A stretch of DNA of 64,000 nucleotides from Micavibrio sp. (GCA_002699085.1 PAAR01000015.1:4236-68235), one strand, 5' to 3'; positions 1 through 10,787 are shown, numbered from the stretch's first letter. Translations and numbers: made by a program. Notes: generated by a model not told the origin, from the sequence alone.

Positions 1-706
1 GTTTGGCTTAGCCTTCCCTTATCTTCTCCTAACCATTATACCTGCCCTATCGCACCTTTTGCCAAAACCCGGCACATGGATGGTTAAATTCAAAGAATTT
101 CTAGCGTTCCCCATGTATCTATCAGCAATTTGGCTGGGCTGGGTGTTTATTCAGCAAGCACCTGCTTTCTCCTTCATTCACTTAGTAATTGGTGCCGTTT
201 TGCTGACTTTTATTATCTGGATGATTAAAGCATGGCCAAAAACACTGGTTTTACGCATCATTTCAGCTGTTGTACTTATCGCACTTATTACCTGTGCGGG
301 AGGTTTTGCCTTCATGCAAGAAACACCGAAAACCCCGCAACAACAATTGGAACAAAAAAGCAGCTATGTTGATTTCACTACTTTAAATCTTGCTAATGCG
401 CTAATGGGTGAGCGTCCTGTATTGGTAAATATGACGGCAGACTGGTGCATTACCTGTAAGGTAAATGAACGCTTAGCCCTTTCAACTACAGCCGTTCAGC
501 AGCGTATAAAAGATACAGGTATCATTTATATTAAAGGTGACTGGACTAATCAAAATCCTGAGATCACGGCCTACCTTAAAGGATTTGGCCGCAATGGCGT
601 GCCACTTTACGTTTATTATGGCGCAGCTAAAAACGGTGCACGCCCTGAAGCCGTTGTTTTACCACAGCTTTTAACCGAAAAAACCCTTTTAGAAACCTTT
701 CAGTAA
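1..706 (+). CDS. dsbD: Thiol:disulfide interchange protein DsbD family, C-terminal part (5'-truncated by window edge)
   Basis: Frame open from position 2 (FGLAFPYLL...LPKPGTWM); TM helices followed by thioredoxin domain ADWCITCKVNE...GRNGVPLY. Confidence 0.88.
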   Translation, partial: FGLAFPYLLLTIIPALSHLLPKPGTWMVKFKEFLAFPMYLSAIWLGWVFIQQAPAFSFIHLVIGAVLLTFIIWMIKAWPKTLVLRIISAVVLIALITCAGGFAFMQETPKTPQQQLEQKSSYVDFTTLNLANALMGERPVLVNMTADWCITCKVNERLALSTTAVQQRIKDTGIIYIKGDWTNQNPEITAYLKGFGRNGVPLYVYYGAAKNGARPEAVVLPQLLTEKTLLETFQ

Positions 707-801
707 AAAATTCAAATAAAACTGGGATTTTTTATGCAAAGCAGCTAAGCTTTGCTGTGAATCTGGAAATAAAAAATTTTTGACGTAGGGCATCTCTATT
801 A

Positions 802-2865
802 ATGGCAAAAACATCCATTAAAAAAACGACGAAAAATAACAAACTATCAGCAAAAAAACTGTATGCTGATGATGTTTCACGCTTTGTTATTAATCAAGAT
901 GGCCAGATTATTTATGCCAGTGATGCCCTCCTAAGCTTTTTGGACGTAACTTTCGATAGTATTTCAAATCATCACGCAAACAGTTTTCTGTCCTTTGACT
1001 CTGACGAAGCATATTCTGTCACGAATAGCCTGTCACAAGCGACAGCCACTGATGACCCAAAAGATTTCAAAAATATTCGTCCTGGGTGTCATACATTGAG
1101 TTTCCAAATCAATGGCCGTGAAACCATAAAGAAGGATTTTCAATTTGATTGGCTAGCGACGCCAGATGCCGAATCTTACTTAATCGCCTCGACAGATACA
1201 ATTAGTGATGTGGCTGAAGCCCCCGAGACTTTAACAAAATTAATCTCTCACATCACTTCACTCCAAGACAACACGCCCAGCAAATCTAAAGCGAAAAAAA
1301 CGACGAAAGCGACCAAGAAAAAAGTAAGCACTTCCGAACAGAATATCGCGGCTAATCTAAAGCGCACTGAGAATATTCTATTTACTGAAATGTCGAATGA
1401 ATTGCGCTCTGTAATGGAAGAAAACGGCCAATTCATTCGCTTTAATAAAAACTTCGGTCGACTTATGGGCTTTCAAGATGACGATCTCATTGGTCGCAAC
1501 TTCACCGATTTCATTCATGTTGATGATCGAGCGCAAATCCGTAATGCACTTTATTCGATCTCTTCACGCAATGCCTCTGTTGCTTTATCACCTGCTGTGC
1601 ATTTTGAAACACGTATGCTTGGTAAACAAGGCGGCGTTTTCTGGATTGATTGGCAGTTAAAGAATTTTGACAATATTGTCTACGCTCTTGGTAAAGACGT
1701 TACAGAAATTAAAAACAACGAAAGCATTTTAAAGAAAAAAGAAGCACAGCTTAAAGAAGCACAGGCTCTCGCCAAAATGGGGCATTGGTACTGGGATATT
1801 GAGTGCAACCATATCGAATGGTCAGACGAGATTTACCGTATTTTTAGTAAAGAAGCCAAAGACTTTACACCAGATATAGACTGTCTCAACAAGCTACTTC
1901 ATCGCCGTGACACAGGCCGTGTGATACAGGCTTTCCAACGAGCAATCATTGAAAAACGTAATTACGATATCGACTTCCGAATCTATAAAGATAATGGTGA
2001 TATACGATACATAAACTGCGAGGGTCGTTGTGAACTTGATCGCAATGGCGAAGTCATTGCGCTATTTGGTATTATGCAAGATGTTACAGAACGTTTGCAG
2101 CATGAACGAGCCCTCCAAGAAGCCAAAGATTCTGCTGAATCTGCCTATGCTGCTAAATCAAGATTCTTGGCAAATATGAGCCATGAACTGCGAACACCAC
2201 TTAATGCGATCATTGGTTTTTCTGAAATGATGCAGCGACAGCTATTAGGCCCGATCGGCACCGAAAAATACCTTGATTACCTCACAGGTATTCGTGAATC
2301 TGGTGAGCATTTGCTTGATCTGATTACAGATATTTTAGATATGTCACGTATTGAAGCGGGTAAATATGAGCTTGATTTAGAACATATCAACCTATCAAAA
2401 ACAGTGCGTTTGGCCGCTCATATGATGGAAGGTCGTGCCGTTGATGCGAAAATAAAACTATCTGTCGCTATTCAAAATGAAGACGAGAACATCTATGTTG
2501 ACAGACGTGCACTCATGCAAATACTGCTTAACCTCGTCTCAAACGCCATTAAGTTCACAAAAGCCAAAGGTTCCGTTGATATTAGCGTTTCGGATACGGC
2601 AGATGATATGATTGCCATTGCTGTCTCTGATACGGGGATCGGTATTCCAAAACATAAAATTAATGTCATCACTAAGCCTTTTGAACAGGTAGAGAATGAA
2701 TATTCTCGCCACCATGATGGCTCTGGTCTCGGCCTAGCCATCACAAAAGACTTAACCGAATTACACGGCGGTAAACTATCTATTGAATCAATTGTTGGCG
2801 AAGGTACAACCGTTACAATAACGCTGCCAAAAGATACGGGCAAGAAACTAAGAAAACGAAAATAA
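802..2865 (+). CDS. PAS-domain sensor histidine kinase, PleC/DivJ-like, soluble
   Basis: PAS/PAC segments; H-box FLANMSHELRTPLNAIIGFSEMM; N-box NLVSNAIKFT; G boxes DTGIG and GSGLGL. Confidence 0.9.
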   Translation: MAKTSIKKTTKNNKLSAKKLYADDVSRFVINQDGQIIYASDALLSFLDVTFDSISNHHANSFLSFDSDEAYSVTNSLSQATATDDPKDFKNIRPGCHTLSFQINGRETIKKDFQFDWLATPDAESYLIASTDTISDVAEAPETLTKLISHITSLQDNTPSKSKAKKTTKATKKKVSTSEQNIAANLKRTENILFTEMSNELRSVMEENGQFIRFNKNFGRLMGFQDDDLIGRNFTDFIHVDDRAQIRNALYSISSRNASVALSPAVHFETRMLGKQGGVFWIDWQLKNFDNIVYALGKDVTEIKNNESILKKKEAQLKEAQALAKMGHWYWDIECNHIEWSDEIYRIFSKEAKDFTPDIDCLNKLLHRRDTGRVIQAFQRAIIEKRNYDIDFRIYKDNGDIRYINCEGRCELDRNGEVIALFGIMQDVTERLQHERALQEAKDSAESAYAAKSRFLANMSHELRTPLNAIIGFSEMMQRQLLGPIGTEKYLDYLTGIRESGEHLLDLITDILDMSRIEAGKYELDLEHINLSKTVRLAAHMMEGRAVDAKIKLSVAIQNEDENIYVDRRALMQILLNLVSNAIKFTKAKGSVDISVSDTADDMIAIAVSDTGIGIPKHKINVITKPFEQVENEYSRHHDGSGLGLAITKDLTELHGGKLSIESIVGEGTTVTITLPKDTGKKLRKRK

Positions 2866-2873
2866 ACGCACTT

Positions 2874-3782
2874 TTATAAAAACATCGTATCTATATTTTC
2901 TTCCGTCAGGCACGCTTTCAAACCAGCCTTATAATCTGGATAAAGTAATTTAATGCCTAATTCTTCTTTAATCTTTTTGTTACATACACGCTTATTTTCA
3001 TCATAAAAACTTTTAGCCATTGGCGGTAAGTTCGCCTCATCATAATCGACTATTTTAGGGGGTTCTACACCTAAAAGCTCCGCCGCATAGGCAATGACCT
3101 CATGGCTAGCGGCTGGATCATCATCGCTAACATTATAAACAGCACCTGGATTTGGCTTATGCATTGAGGCAATTAAAGTTTGAACAATATCTGCTACATG
3201 GACACGATTAAATTTATGGCCATCTTTTAAGATACGCCGTGCGATGCCCGCATTAATGCTATCCAATGCTGAGCGACCTGGGCCATAAATCCCTGCCAAC
3301 CTAAAAATATGCACTGGTAAATCATTTAGTCTCACGAGTTTGCGCCATTGCTCTTCCATTTTTGCACGGCGAGAACCCCGTTTACTTGTCGGTTTAATTT
3401 CATCGCTTTCAGATACAGTCGCCCCAGATCTGTCACCATACACACTAGTCGCCGATAAAACCCCGATCCATTCAATCGTTGGTATTTGTAAGATATCATC
3501 TAAATGGGCTTGAAGTACGATATCACCATCATCCTTAGGCGGCACAGAAATAAGTAAATGTGTAACACCTTCAAGAACATAAAGCGGATCAATAAGTGGA
3601 TGTATGTCCTCAAATAAGTATGCTTGATAGCTCTTGTCCTTGAGTTGGGAACGTTTAATAGGGTCACGTGTTGTGCCCATAATTTGCCAATTCTGCCCTG
3701 AATCAGATTGCAATGTTTTTGCTAAATGCGCTGCCACATAGCCAAAACCAAAACAAAAAAGCTTCTTCTTTCCAGAATTCAT
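2874..3782 (-). CDS. NAD-dependent epimerase/dehydratase (SDR) family protein
   Basis: Rossmann motif FGFGYVA; RLAGIYGPGRS; RVHVADI. Confidence 0.85.
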   Translation of the reverse strand: MNSGKKKLFCFGFGYVAAHLAKTLQSDSGQNWQIMGTTRDPIKRSQLKDKSYQAYLFEDIHPLIDPLYVLEGVTHLLISVPPKDDGDIVLQAHLDDILQIPTIEWIGVLSATSVYGDRSGATVSESDEIKPTSKRGSRRAKMEEQWRKLVRLNDLPVHIFRLAGIYGPGRSALDSINAGIARRILKDGHKFNRVHVADIVQTLIASMHKPNPGAVYNVSDDDPAASHEVIAYAAELLGVEPPKIVDYDEANLPPMAKSFYDENKRVCNKKIKEELGIKLLYPDYKAGLKACLTEENIDTMFL

Positions 3783-3832
3783 CCTTTAAAAATCTCTGAT
3801 TTCGTCACAAAAGTCTATGATTATTTAAACGC

Positions 3833-4501
3833 TTAGAAATCAACGTTCTTATACTGAGCCGCAGGTTCAAAGCCTGGAATATAATCTCTCAACAATGGCT
3901 GGAAACTTGCCCGTGATTTGATACGTGCATACCAGATCTTTGTCTGTGGATGTTGATCCCATGGCACATCACCAATATAATCAATAGCTGACAAATGTGA
4001 CGCAGCGGCGATATCCGCCTGTGAGAAATCATTTCCCGCCAGCCATGTGCGTTTTTCTAAAAGATAACTAATATAATCCAAGTGATAATGAATATTGGCA
4101 TGGCCTGCACGAATAGAGGGGCCATGTGGTTCACCTAATTTCAGAAAACGTTTCATCATTTTCTCACCAATCAGGTTTTCCGTTACTTCACGATTAAATT
4201 TTACATCAAACCAACCAACAAGGCGACGGACTTCTGCCCGTGTTGTCGGATCATTACCTAATAAATTAATCTCAGGATAGACCTCTTCGAGATATTCAGA
4301 AATAACGCTGCTATTATTAAGCGTCGTGCCATCTTCATCAATCAGCACGGGCACATCTCCCGCAGGATTCATTGCAAGAAAATCAGTGCGTCTTTCCCAG
4401 ACTTTTTCGAGCTCAAGCTCGAAATCCAACTTTTTCTCTGTTAAAATCATCCTTACTTTGCGTGAAAATGGATGTAACCAGAGATGATAAAGTTTCCTCA
4501 T
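3833..4501 (-). CDS. fzlA: Glutathione S-transferase-like FtsZ-binding protein FzlA
   Basis: LYHLWLHPFSRKVR...MNPAGDVPVL; C-terminal WYARIKSRASF...YKNVDF resembles alphaproteobacterial FzlA. Confidence 0.75.
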   Translation of the reverse strand: MRKLYHLWLHPFSRKVRMILTEKKLDFELELEKVWERRTDFLAMNPAGDVPVLIDEDGTTLNNSSVISEYLEEVYPEINLLGNDPTTRAEVRRLVGWFDVKFNREVTENLIGEKMMKRFLKLGEPHGPSIRAGHANIHYHLDYISYLLEKRTWLAGNDFSQADIAAASHLSAIDYIGDVPWDQHPQTKIWYARIKSRASFQPLLRDYIPGFEPAAQYKNVDF

Positions 4502-4547
4502 TAAGTTTAACTAACCCCGTTTTATTTATTGTTTTTATCGAGTTATA

Positions 4548-5639
4548 TTACTCTACAGGATTAACAGGACGGGCTGCAAGTTCTATTTTGATTTCTACAT
4601 TTTCTTTAATGATTTCAGTTGATTGCCAACCCGCTTGGCCGATTTCAAAATCTAGGCGCGACAAGCTTGTCTCCCCCTTCATCAAAGCATTTCCCTCATC
4701 ATCAAATTCAATTGAGAATGGTAATTCAATCGGTTTGATCTGACCTTTTAAACTCAATGTCCCTTGTGCAATAAAATCATGGTCTTGGTCACCTTCTGGA
4801 TCATATATAATATGCGTAGTTTTAAATTGTGCTTTGCTATAATTGGCCAAAGAGAACCAATTTGGCCCTGCAATCTCTTCATCACGCTCAAGATAACCCG
4901 TATCAAAGCTCGTCATGTCAATCACTATATCAGCGTAGGATTGTTCTAAATTATCTTTATCGAAAAATATATCACCATCAAAATTTGAGAATTCGCCCCG
5001 TACATCAGAAGCATCCCACTGAGCAACAAACACTATCTCACTTCGCTCAGGGATAATTTTCCATTGTTGTACAGCAGTGTCTTGAGCTTGTGCCGTAAAC
5101 GGCAAAAAACACAAGAAAACAGGTAACATACGGCGTAATGTATTATCCTTGTCGATAAAATGGTGCTTTAAAGCACCTAATAAATGCACACTTGCAATCA
5201 CTATGATAGCCCATGCAATTTTAGAATGGAGCGCATTCAAAAAATGGCCAAGATCTTGGTTTTTATCAATCAAATCGGGCAAAACAAACATTCCCCAAAC
5301 TGACACAGGAAAGCCATTTGCTGATGACATTAACCAGCCTGTAAGTGGCATAATTGCCATTAAGATGTAGAGTAATATATGTGAAGTTTTGGCCAATTTT
5401 CTTTCCCACTCTTTATGCGGTAAGGGCGCTGGCACCCCCTTATATAAACGCCACCCAAGTCGCACAAAGAACAGCGCTAAAATAGTGATACCGATTGATT
5501 TATGCCATGCATACAATTTGAGTTTGTCTGGAGAGAAATCAAGATCCGACATATACCAACCAAAAGGAATCATACCAATAATAAGAACAGCAACAATCCA
5601 ATGTATCGCTATGGCAGGTTTAGAGTATTTTTTCATCAT
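4548..5639 (-). CDS. Cytochrome b561 - YceI fusion protein
   Basis: N-terminal heme-ligand helices (HWIVA, HKSIG, HILLY, HLLGALKHH); C-terminal YceI barrel (LSRLDFEIG). Confidence 0.88.
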   Translation of the reverse strand: MMKKYSKPAIAIHWIVAVLIIGMIPFGWYMSDLDFSPDKLKLYAWHKSIGITILALFFVRLGWRLYKGVPAPLPHKEWERKLAKTSHILLYILMAIMPLTGWLMSSANGFPVSVWGMFVLPDLIDKNQDLGHFLNALHSKIAWAIIVIASVHLLGALKHHFIDKDNTLRRMLPVFLCFLPFTAQAQDTAVQQWKIIPERSEIVFVAQWDASDVRGEFSNFDGDIFFDKDNLEQSYADIVIDMTSFDTGYLERDEEIAGPNWFSLANYSKAQFKTTHIIYDPEGDQDHDFIAQGTLSLKGQIKPIELPFSIEFDDEGNALMKGETSLSRLDFEIGQAGWQSTEIIKENVEIKIELAARPVNPVE

Positions 5640-5640
5640 C

Positions 5641-6240
5641 TTAAGGATTCACCACTGTTTCACAGCCTTCATAGCATTCTGCCTCAACCTCAATACGTAT
5701 TTCAATATCATCACCAATAGCGGGTAAATATTCTTTGATACCAAAATCAGACCGCTTAATATCAAGTGTCGCGGTGAAACCTGTTGTATATTTTTTATTA
5801 AAAGGGTTTGCGCCCTCTTTATTAAAAACTGTTTTCAACACAACAGGCTTTGTTACGCCCGAAATTTTTAAATTACCCTTTATATCAGCTGTATTTTCGC
5901 CGGTAACGTCAATAGACGAACTTCTAAATGTGATTGTTGGAAATTGATTAGGTTTTAAGAATGTGTCACGAACATGCTCATTCCAAACGTCATTACCCAT
6001 TTCAACACTCGCAGTTTGGATAGTCACATTTACAGAAGACTTAGCCACCTCTGCCCTATTAAAGATTATCTCACCATCAAAATCAGTGAAGTTACCATGT
6101 GAATGCGAAAAACCTAGATGACCTACATAAAAACCGATTTGCGTATGAGGTTTTTCGAACTTATATTGCTCTATTTTTGCTTGCGCCTGTGTCGCTGTGA
6201 ACATACTTATAAACACTAGCAATACTGTAAAAAATTTCAT
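5641..6240 (-). CDS. YceI family polyisoprenoid-binding periplasmic protein
   Basis: Signal peptide; HTQIGFYVGHLGFS; IKRSDFGI; IGDDIEIRIEVE. Confidence 0.9.
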   Translation of the reverse strand: MKFFTVLLVFISMFTATQAQAKIEQYKFEKPHTQIGFYVGHLGFSHSHGNFTDFDGEIIFNRAEVAKSSVNVTIQTASVEMGNDVWNEHVRDTFLKPNQFPTITFRSSSIDVTGENTADIKGNLKISGVTKPVVLKTVFNKEGANPFNKKYTTGFTATLDIKRSDFGIKEYLPAIGDDIEIRIEVEAECYEGCETVVNP

Positions 6241-6305
6241 TCTAACCCCTTTATTTATTATGCATCTAATATGTTTTAATAGAATACAATGTCAATAGGG
6301 CGGCA

Positions 6306-6518
6306 TTATGGCGTTACCACGCCTATCATTTTGCCCAACCAAATTGCACCACAACAAACCACTATTGCACATCCCCACGGAATAAGCCCATATTCACGAA
6401 TACTTTCATCCTTAAGAAGCTGTTCTTTTGTTTTATGCCTAAGCAAATAAGCAATAATGGCTTGGCCAATTAAAAAGCCAACAACAAAACTAATAATCCC
6501 CAAGACATAGACATTCAC
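6306..6518 (-). CDS. Small two-TM hypothetical membrane protein
   Basis: ORF track 6306..6551; GTG at 6518 with AGGAG 10 nt upstream is the likelier start; two hydrophobic helices. Confidence 0.6.
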   Translation of the reverse strand: MNVYVLGIISFVVGFLIGQAIIAYLLRHKTKEQLLKDESIREYGLIPWGCAIVVCCGAIWLGKMIGVVTP

Positions 6519-6536
6519 CGCTGATATACTCCTAAT

Positions 6537-7346
6537 ATGTTGCTCTATCATATTATAATTTTAGCTGTAATCCAAGGCCTGACAGAGTTCTTACCCGTCA
6601 GCTCAAGTGGCCATTTGGCTCTTGCTCATCATTTTATGGATATGAGCATTCACCTGAATAATGATACGAAGCTATTGCTTGATATTGCCGTCCATATAGG
6701 CACATTGTTGGCTGTTCTTTTATATTTCCGAAACGATATATGGCTGATGATTAAAGGATTTTTTGGAGCAATCAAACATCCTTCAAATGAAGGCTTTATG
6801 TTGGTGACGAAAGTATTGCTGGCCAGCCTGCCTGTTATTATTGTTGGCTTTATTATCGCTAAGTTCTTCCCGGGTATTTTTTACGACAATGTAACACTCA
6901 TTGGTTGGACAACACTCATTTTTGGTATTGTCCTATGGCTTGCTGATCGCTTTGGTAAGCAAAGTGAACATATTGAAACAATGAGCCTCGCTAAAGTCTT
7001 CTTGATTGGTTTAGCGCAAATCTTGGCACTCATTCCCGGCGTAAGCCGTTCAGGGATTACCATGACAGCAGGGCGTGCACTTGGCCTAAATGCCGAACAA
7101 GCTGCACGATTCTCCCTTTTACTAGCCATTGTCGCTATTTCAGGTGCCGGAACACTGGCTGGCCTTGATATCGCCAAACAACAAAATATCAACCTAACCC
7201 AAGATATATTTTGGGCGATTGGGCTGTCTTTTATAACAGGTTGGGCTAGTATAGCGCTGATGTTGAAATGGTTAGAAAAGCACGGCTTTGGTGTCTTTGT
7301 TATCTACCGCATTATACTAGGATTAATGCTCATTTTGTTGTTTTAA
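6537..7346 (+). CDS. uppP: Undecaprenyl-diphosphate phosphatase
   Basis: QGLTEFLPVSSSGHL and PGVSRSGIT signature motifs. Confidence 0.96.
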   Translation: MLLYHIIILAVIQGLTEFLPVSSSGHLALAHHFMDMSIHLNNDTKLLLDIAVHIGTLLAVLLYFRNDIWLMIKGFFGAIKHPSNEGFMLVTKVLLASLPVIIVGFIIAKFFPGIFYDNVTLIGWTTLIFGIVLWLADRFGKQSEHIETMSLAKVFLIGLAQILALIPGVSRSGITMTAGRALGLNAEQAARFSLLLAIVAISGAGTLAGLDIAKQQNINLTQDIFWAIGLSFITGWASIALMLKWLEKHGFGVFVIYRIILGLMLILLF

Positions 7347-7844
7347 AAAAGTGATTTTTGTATCGCCGTAAATTTTCTCATCAATAATTTCGACATTCTT
7401 TAGTAACACTGCTTTCTCAGTCTCTACAATAAATAACGCATCCTTTTGGTCACTATATTTATCAAGCGTTGCTTGTGCCAAAGCCATTTCATAAGGTGGG
7501 TCTAAGAAGATTAAATCAAAATCTTGTTTAGCTTTATATTTCAATACATCAGAACGGATCAATTGGCAGCACTCTTCAGCCCTCATTTTATCTACATTTT
7601 GACGGACTAGAGAGGTATCAAGATCAACGAACACCGCTGATTTTGCACCACGAGATAAACACTCTAGCCCCAATGCGCCTGTTCCACAAAATAGATCAAG
7701 AACTTGCTTATCCTGCACACCCTCAAAACGATGCTGTAATATATTAAAGATTGCTTGACGTATTTTATCTGTTGTTGGACGTACTTTATTATCTTTAGGG
7801 CTCAACAACGTCAGGCCACGATATTGACCAGCCGTAATCCTCAC
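7323..7844 (-). CDS. rsmD: 16S rRNA (guanine966-N2)-methyltransferase
   Basis: MRITAG...RPTTDKIRQAIFN; LDLFCGTGALGLE; FLDPPY. Confidence 0.93.
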   Translation of the reverse strand: MRITAGQYRGLTLLSPKDNKVRPTTDKIRQAIFNILQHRFEGVQDKQVLDLFCGTGALGLECLSRGAKSAVFVDLDTSLVRQNVDKMRAEECCQLIRSDVLKYKAKQDFDLIFLDPPYEMALAQATLDKYSDQKDALFIVETEKAVLLKNVEIIDEKIYGDTKITFLKQQNEH

Positions 7845-8602
7845 ACAGCACCTGCATTAAAATAACTTGGTAATAGCTCATATAAGGCCTTAGCACTATA
7901 TTCTTTAACGCCTCCTCGCCCAAGGCCGCCCATAACAAAAGGTCCATAAGAGAGCCTTATAAGGCGATTAACCTCCAAACCGAGGCTCTCCATGATTTTT
8001 CTAACTTCACGGTTTTTGCCCTCAGTGATTGATACAGACAACCAGATGTTACCACCCTGCTGCTTTTCCAATATGGCCGTAACAGGTCCATATTGAACAC
8101 CAGAAACTGTTAATCCTTCTTTTAGCTTATCTAAACGTTCCTGTGTTACACTTCCATGCGCGCGCACACGGTAAACACGTACCATTTTATTATCAGGGTG
8201 CTCTAAGTGGCGGGCAAATTCACCATCATTAGTCAGCAGCAACAAACCTTCTGTATTGTAATCCAATCGACCAACAGTAATTAATCTCGGCAATTTAGGC
8301 TCATATCGATCAAGCACATCGAAGATAGTTTCACGACCACGATCATCACGGTTGGTGGTTAAACAACCACTGGGCTTATGAAACAAGAACAGCCGCACAG
8401 GGTCTTTCTCCGCAATCGGCTTACCATCAACGACAATCTTATCTTTTGATGTGACCGTAAAGGCTGGCGTTGTTAGTTTCTGGCCATTAACCACAACACG
8501 GCCCTCTTCAATATAACGCTCTGCCTCACGGCGAGAACATATCCCAGCACGCGCAATAACTTTCGCTATACGTTCAGTTTTATTTGGATCAACAGGCGCC
8601 AT
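7841..8602 (-). CDS. rluB: rRNA pseudouridine synthase, RluB/RsuA family with S4 domain
   Basis: S4 domain ERIAKVIARAGICSRREAE; GRLDYNTEGLLLLTNDG; EGKNREVR; start moved to ATG 8602 to avoid overlap with infC. Confidence 0.85.
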   Translation of the reverse strand: MAPVDPNKTERIAKVIARAGICSRREAERYIEEGRVVVNGQKLTTPAFTVTSKDKIVVDGKPIAEKDPVRLFLFHKPSGCLTTNRDDRGRETIFDVLDRYEPKLPRLITVGRLDYNTEGLLLLTNDGEFARHLEHPDNKMVRVYRVRAHGSVTQERLDKLKEGLTVSGVQYGPVTAILEKQQGGNIWLSVSITEGKNREVRKIMESLGLEVNRLIRLSYGPFVMGGLGRGGVKEYSAKALYELLPSYFNAGAV

Positions 8603-8621
8603 TGTTAATGACGTTTGTGAT

Positions 8622-9248
8622 TTATTCTGTAGCTGTGTTGGCTTTTTCCGTGTCAGAAGTGGCTTCTGCTTTGACCGCTGTTTCGATTTTTTTATCATTT
8701 TGTGCAACCGCTGTAGGGTCTGGTGCTAAAATCATCATCATTTGACGACCTTCCATTTTAGGATGGTAATCGACTTTAGACATTGTCTTTAAATCTTCTC
8801 TAACACGCTCAAGAACTTGTCGGCCTAAATCAACATGCGCCATTTCACGGCCACGGAACCTCAACGTAAATTTGACTTTATCTTCATCTTCCAAGAATTT
8901 TTTAGCGGCTTTAAGCTTCACCTGATAATCATGCTCACCAATACCGGGACGCATTTTTAATTCTTTTAATTCAATAGTTTTTTGCTTTTTACGCGCCTCA
9001 GCAGCTTTTTTCTGTGCTTCGTATTTAAACTTACCGTAATCTAATATTTTACAAACTGGAGGTTTCGCATTTGGTGATATCTCAACAAGGTCTAGACCTG
9101 ATTCTTGCGCTAATAAAAGCGCTTCCCTCGGTGACATTACCCCGACCATTTCACCATCTGCACCAACAACACGTATTTCTGGTGCGCGTATAGATTCATT
9201 AACTCTTGTTCCATCGTCTTTTTGTGGTGGTCTCATAGGTCGTTTAAT
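8622..9248 (-). CDS. infC: Translation initiation factor IF-3, AUU start codon
   Basis: [26 protein letters not shown]; FRGREMAH; in-frame ATT at 9248-9246 preceded by AAGGAG with 7-nt spacer. Confidence 0.95.
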   Translation of the reverse strand: MKRPMRPPQKDDGTRVNESIRAPEIRVVGADGEMVGVMSPREALLLAQESGLDLVEISPNAKPPVCKILDYGKFKYEAQKKAAEARKKQKTIELKELKMRPGIGEHDYQVKLKAAKKFLEDEDKVKFTLRFRGREMAHVDLGRQVLERVREDLKTMSKVDYHPKMEGRQMMMILAPDPTAVAQNDKKIETAVKAEATSDTEKANTATE

Positions 9249-9359
9249 AAGTAATCTCCTTAGTTGTTGCTTAATGACTATAGTATAATAGCCTTACTGA
9301 ATGATTAATACCTTATTTTTAGGGCATTTCAAGAGGAATTCGTATTATTTGCTCTGAAT

Positions 9360-10775
9360 TCATCTTTCATTCAGCGAATTTTCTAATGTTTTTGCAAAAG
9401 GCTTAATCAAATAGTCCATAACCGTTTTTTTCCCTGTCAAAATATCAACGGAAGCGACCATACCAGGGATAATCGGCAGAACTTCGCCTTTGCGTTTTAA
9501 ATTCGTCTCATTTGTTCTAACGCGCACACGATAGAAACTGTTCCCTTCTTTATCTTCTATCGTATCAGCAGATATATCGACAAGCTCGCCTTTAAGGCCA
9601 CCATAAATAGAAAAATCATACGCCGTAATCTTAACAATAGCGGGCTGACCTGGGTATAAAAAGGCAATATCCTTAGGCCTTACACGTGCCTCAACCAATA
9701 ATTTATCATCCAAAGGCACGATCTCAATTAAATCCTGACCCGGCTGTACAACACCGCCAACAGTCGTAATTTTGATATCTTTAATAATCCCATCAACAGG
9801 TGATTTAATCTCTGTTCTTTCTTTACGATCCTCTAGGGCTGATAATGTTTTATCAAGTGCTTTAACTTGCGCTAATGTTTCTGTCAGCTGCGCTTGTGCA
9901 TCGGCACGTGCCGTACTCACAGCATCTTGCAATCGGCGTTGTACCTCATTAATTGCCGCATTTGCTCGCGGCAACGAGCTTTCCAATGAATTGTATTCTG
10001 CCTGCATTTCAGACAAGCGCTGATCAATTTTTAGTAATTCCAGTTGCGGTAACGAGCCTTTTGCAACAGCTGGTTCAATTTGACGTTTTTCTTGGTTCGC
10101 CAGATCAATTTGTTGCTGCATGCCACGAATCCGAGTTTGAATTTCATCGACTTCTGACCGCCGCTGCCTAAGCTGTGATTCAAGAATACTTTTTTGATCT
10201 CGCAACCGACTTAAATTGGCCCGAAACGTACGACGCTCTTCGTCAACACTTTCTGGCGCTTCACGCAAAACATCTTCAGAAAAACTGATACTACTCTCGC
10301 CATTTGCCTCGGCTTGTAGCCGTGCAATCGACGCTCTTAAAGACAGGACTCGACTTTCATTGGATTGAAACTCTGATGAAGCGTTGATATCCCGCAACTG
10401 CATCAATACCTGCCCTGCTTTAACTTCTTCACCCTCCCATGTTTTTATAGCTTCAATAATACCACCCTCAAGGTTTTGTAAAACCTGTATTTCTTTAGAA
10501 GGAATAACACGTCCATCGCCTTTCGTGACTTCATCTAATGTGGCAAAATTAGCCCATAATAGAAAAATGCCGAAAAAAGCAGCGATAGCAAATAATTGCA
10601 AATGCTGCACGAACGGCACTTCTTCATAATCCATCAAGATATCTCTACCTTGTGGCTCTCTCGACGATTGCTGAGGTGCCTTTTGCGCTTCGGCTTTTTG
10701 TTGCACAGCCTCCATAGCGGCCTTAATATCCGCTTCGTTCATCTCAACTGTTTTCTTTGGCTTTTCATCCGTCAT
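9360..10775 (-). CDS. Type I secretion membrane fusion protein (HlyD family)
   Basis: GRVIPS..IQVLQNLEGGI; coiled coil; IKSPVDG; KITAYDFSIYG; PGMVASVDILTGKKTV. Confidence 0.93.
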   Translation of the reverse strand: MTDEKPKKTVEMNEADIKAAMEAVQQKAEAQKAPQQSSREPQGRDILMDYEEVPFVQHLQLFAIAAFFGIFLLWANFATLDEVTKGDGRVIPSKEIQVLQNLEGGIIEAIKTWEGEEVKAGQVLMQLRDINASSEFQSNESRVLSLRASIARLQAEANGESSISFSEDVLREAPESVDEERRTFRANLSRLRDQKSILESQLRQRRSEVDEIQTRIRGMQQQIDLANQEKRQIEPAVAKGSLPQLELLKIDQRLSEMQAEYNSLESSLPRANAAINEVQRRLQDAVSTARADAQAQLTETLAQVKALDKTLSALEDRKERTEIKSPVDGIIKDIKITTVGGVVQPGQDLIEIVPLDDKLLVEARVRPKDIAFLYPGQPAIVKITAYDFSIYGGLKGELVDISADTIEDKEGNSFYRVRVRTNETNLKRKGEVLPIIPGMVASVDILTGKKTVMDYLIKPFAKTLENSLNER

Positions 10776-10787
10776 ATCGTACTCGTT

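Noticed and set aside
4548-6240. Cytochrome b561-YceI fusion next to a second YceI
   Set aside because: Well-known yceI/yceJ association; not novel
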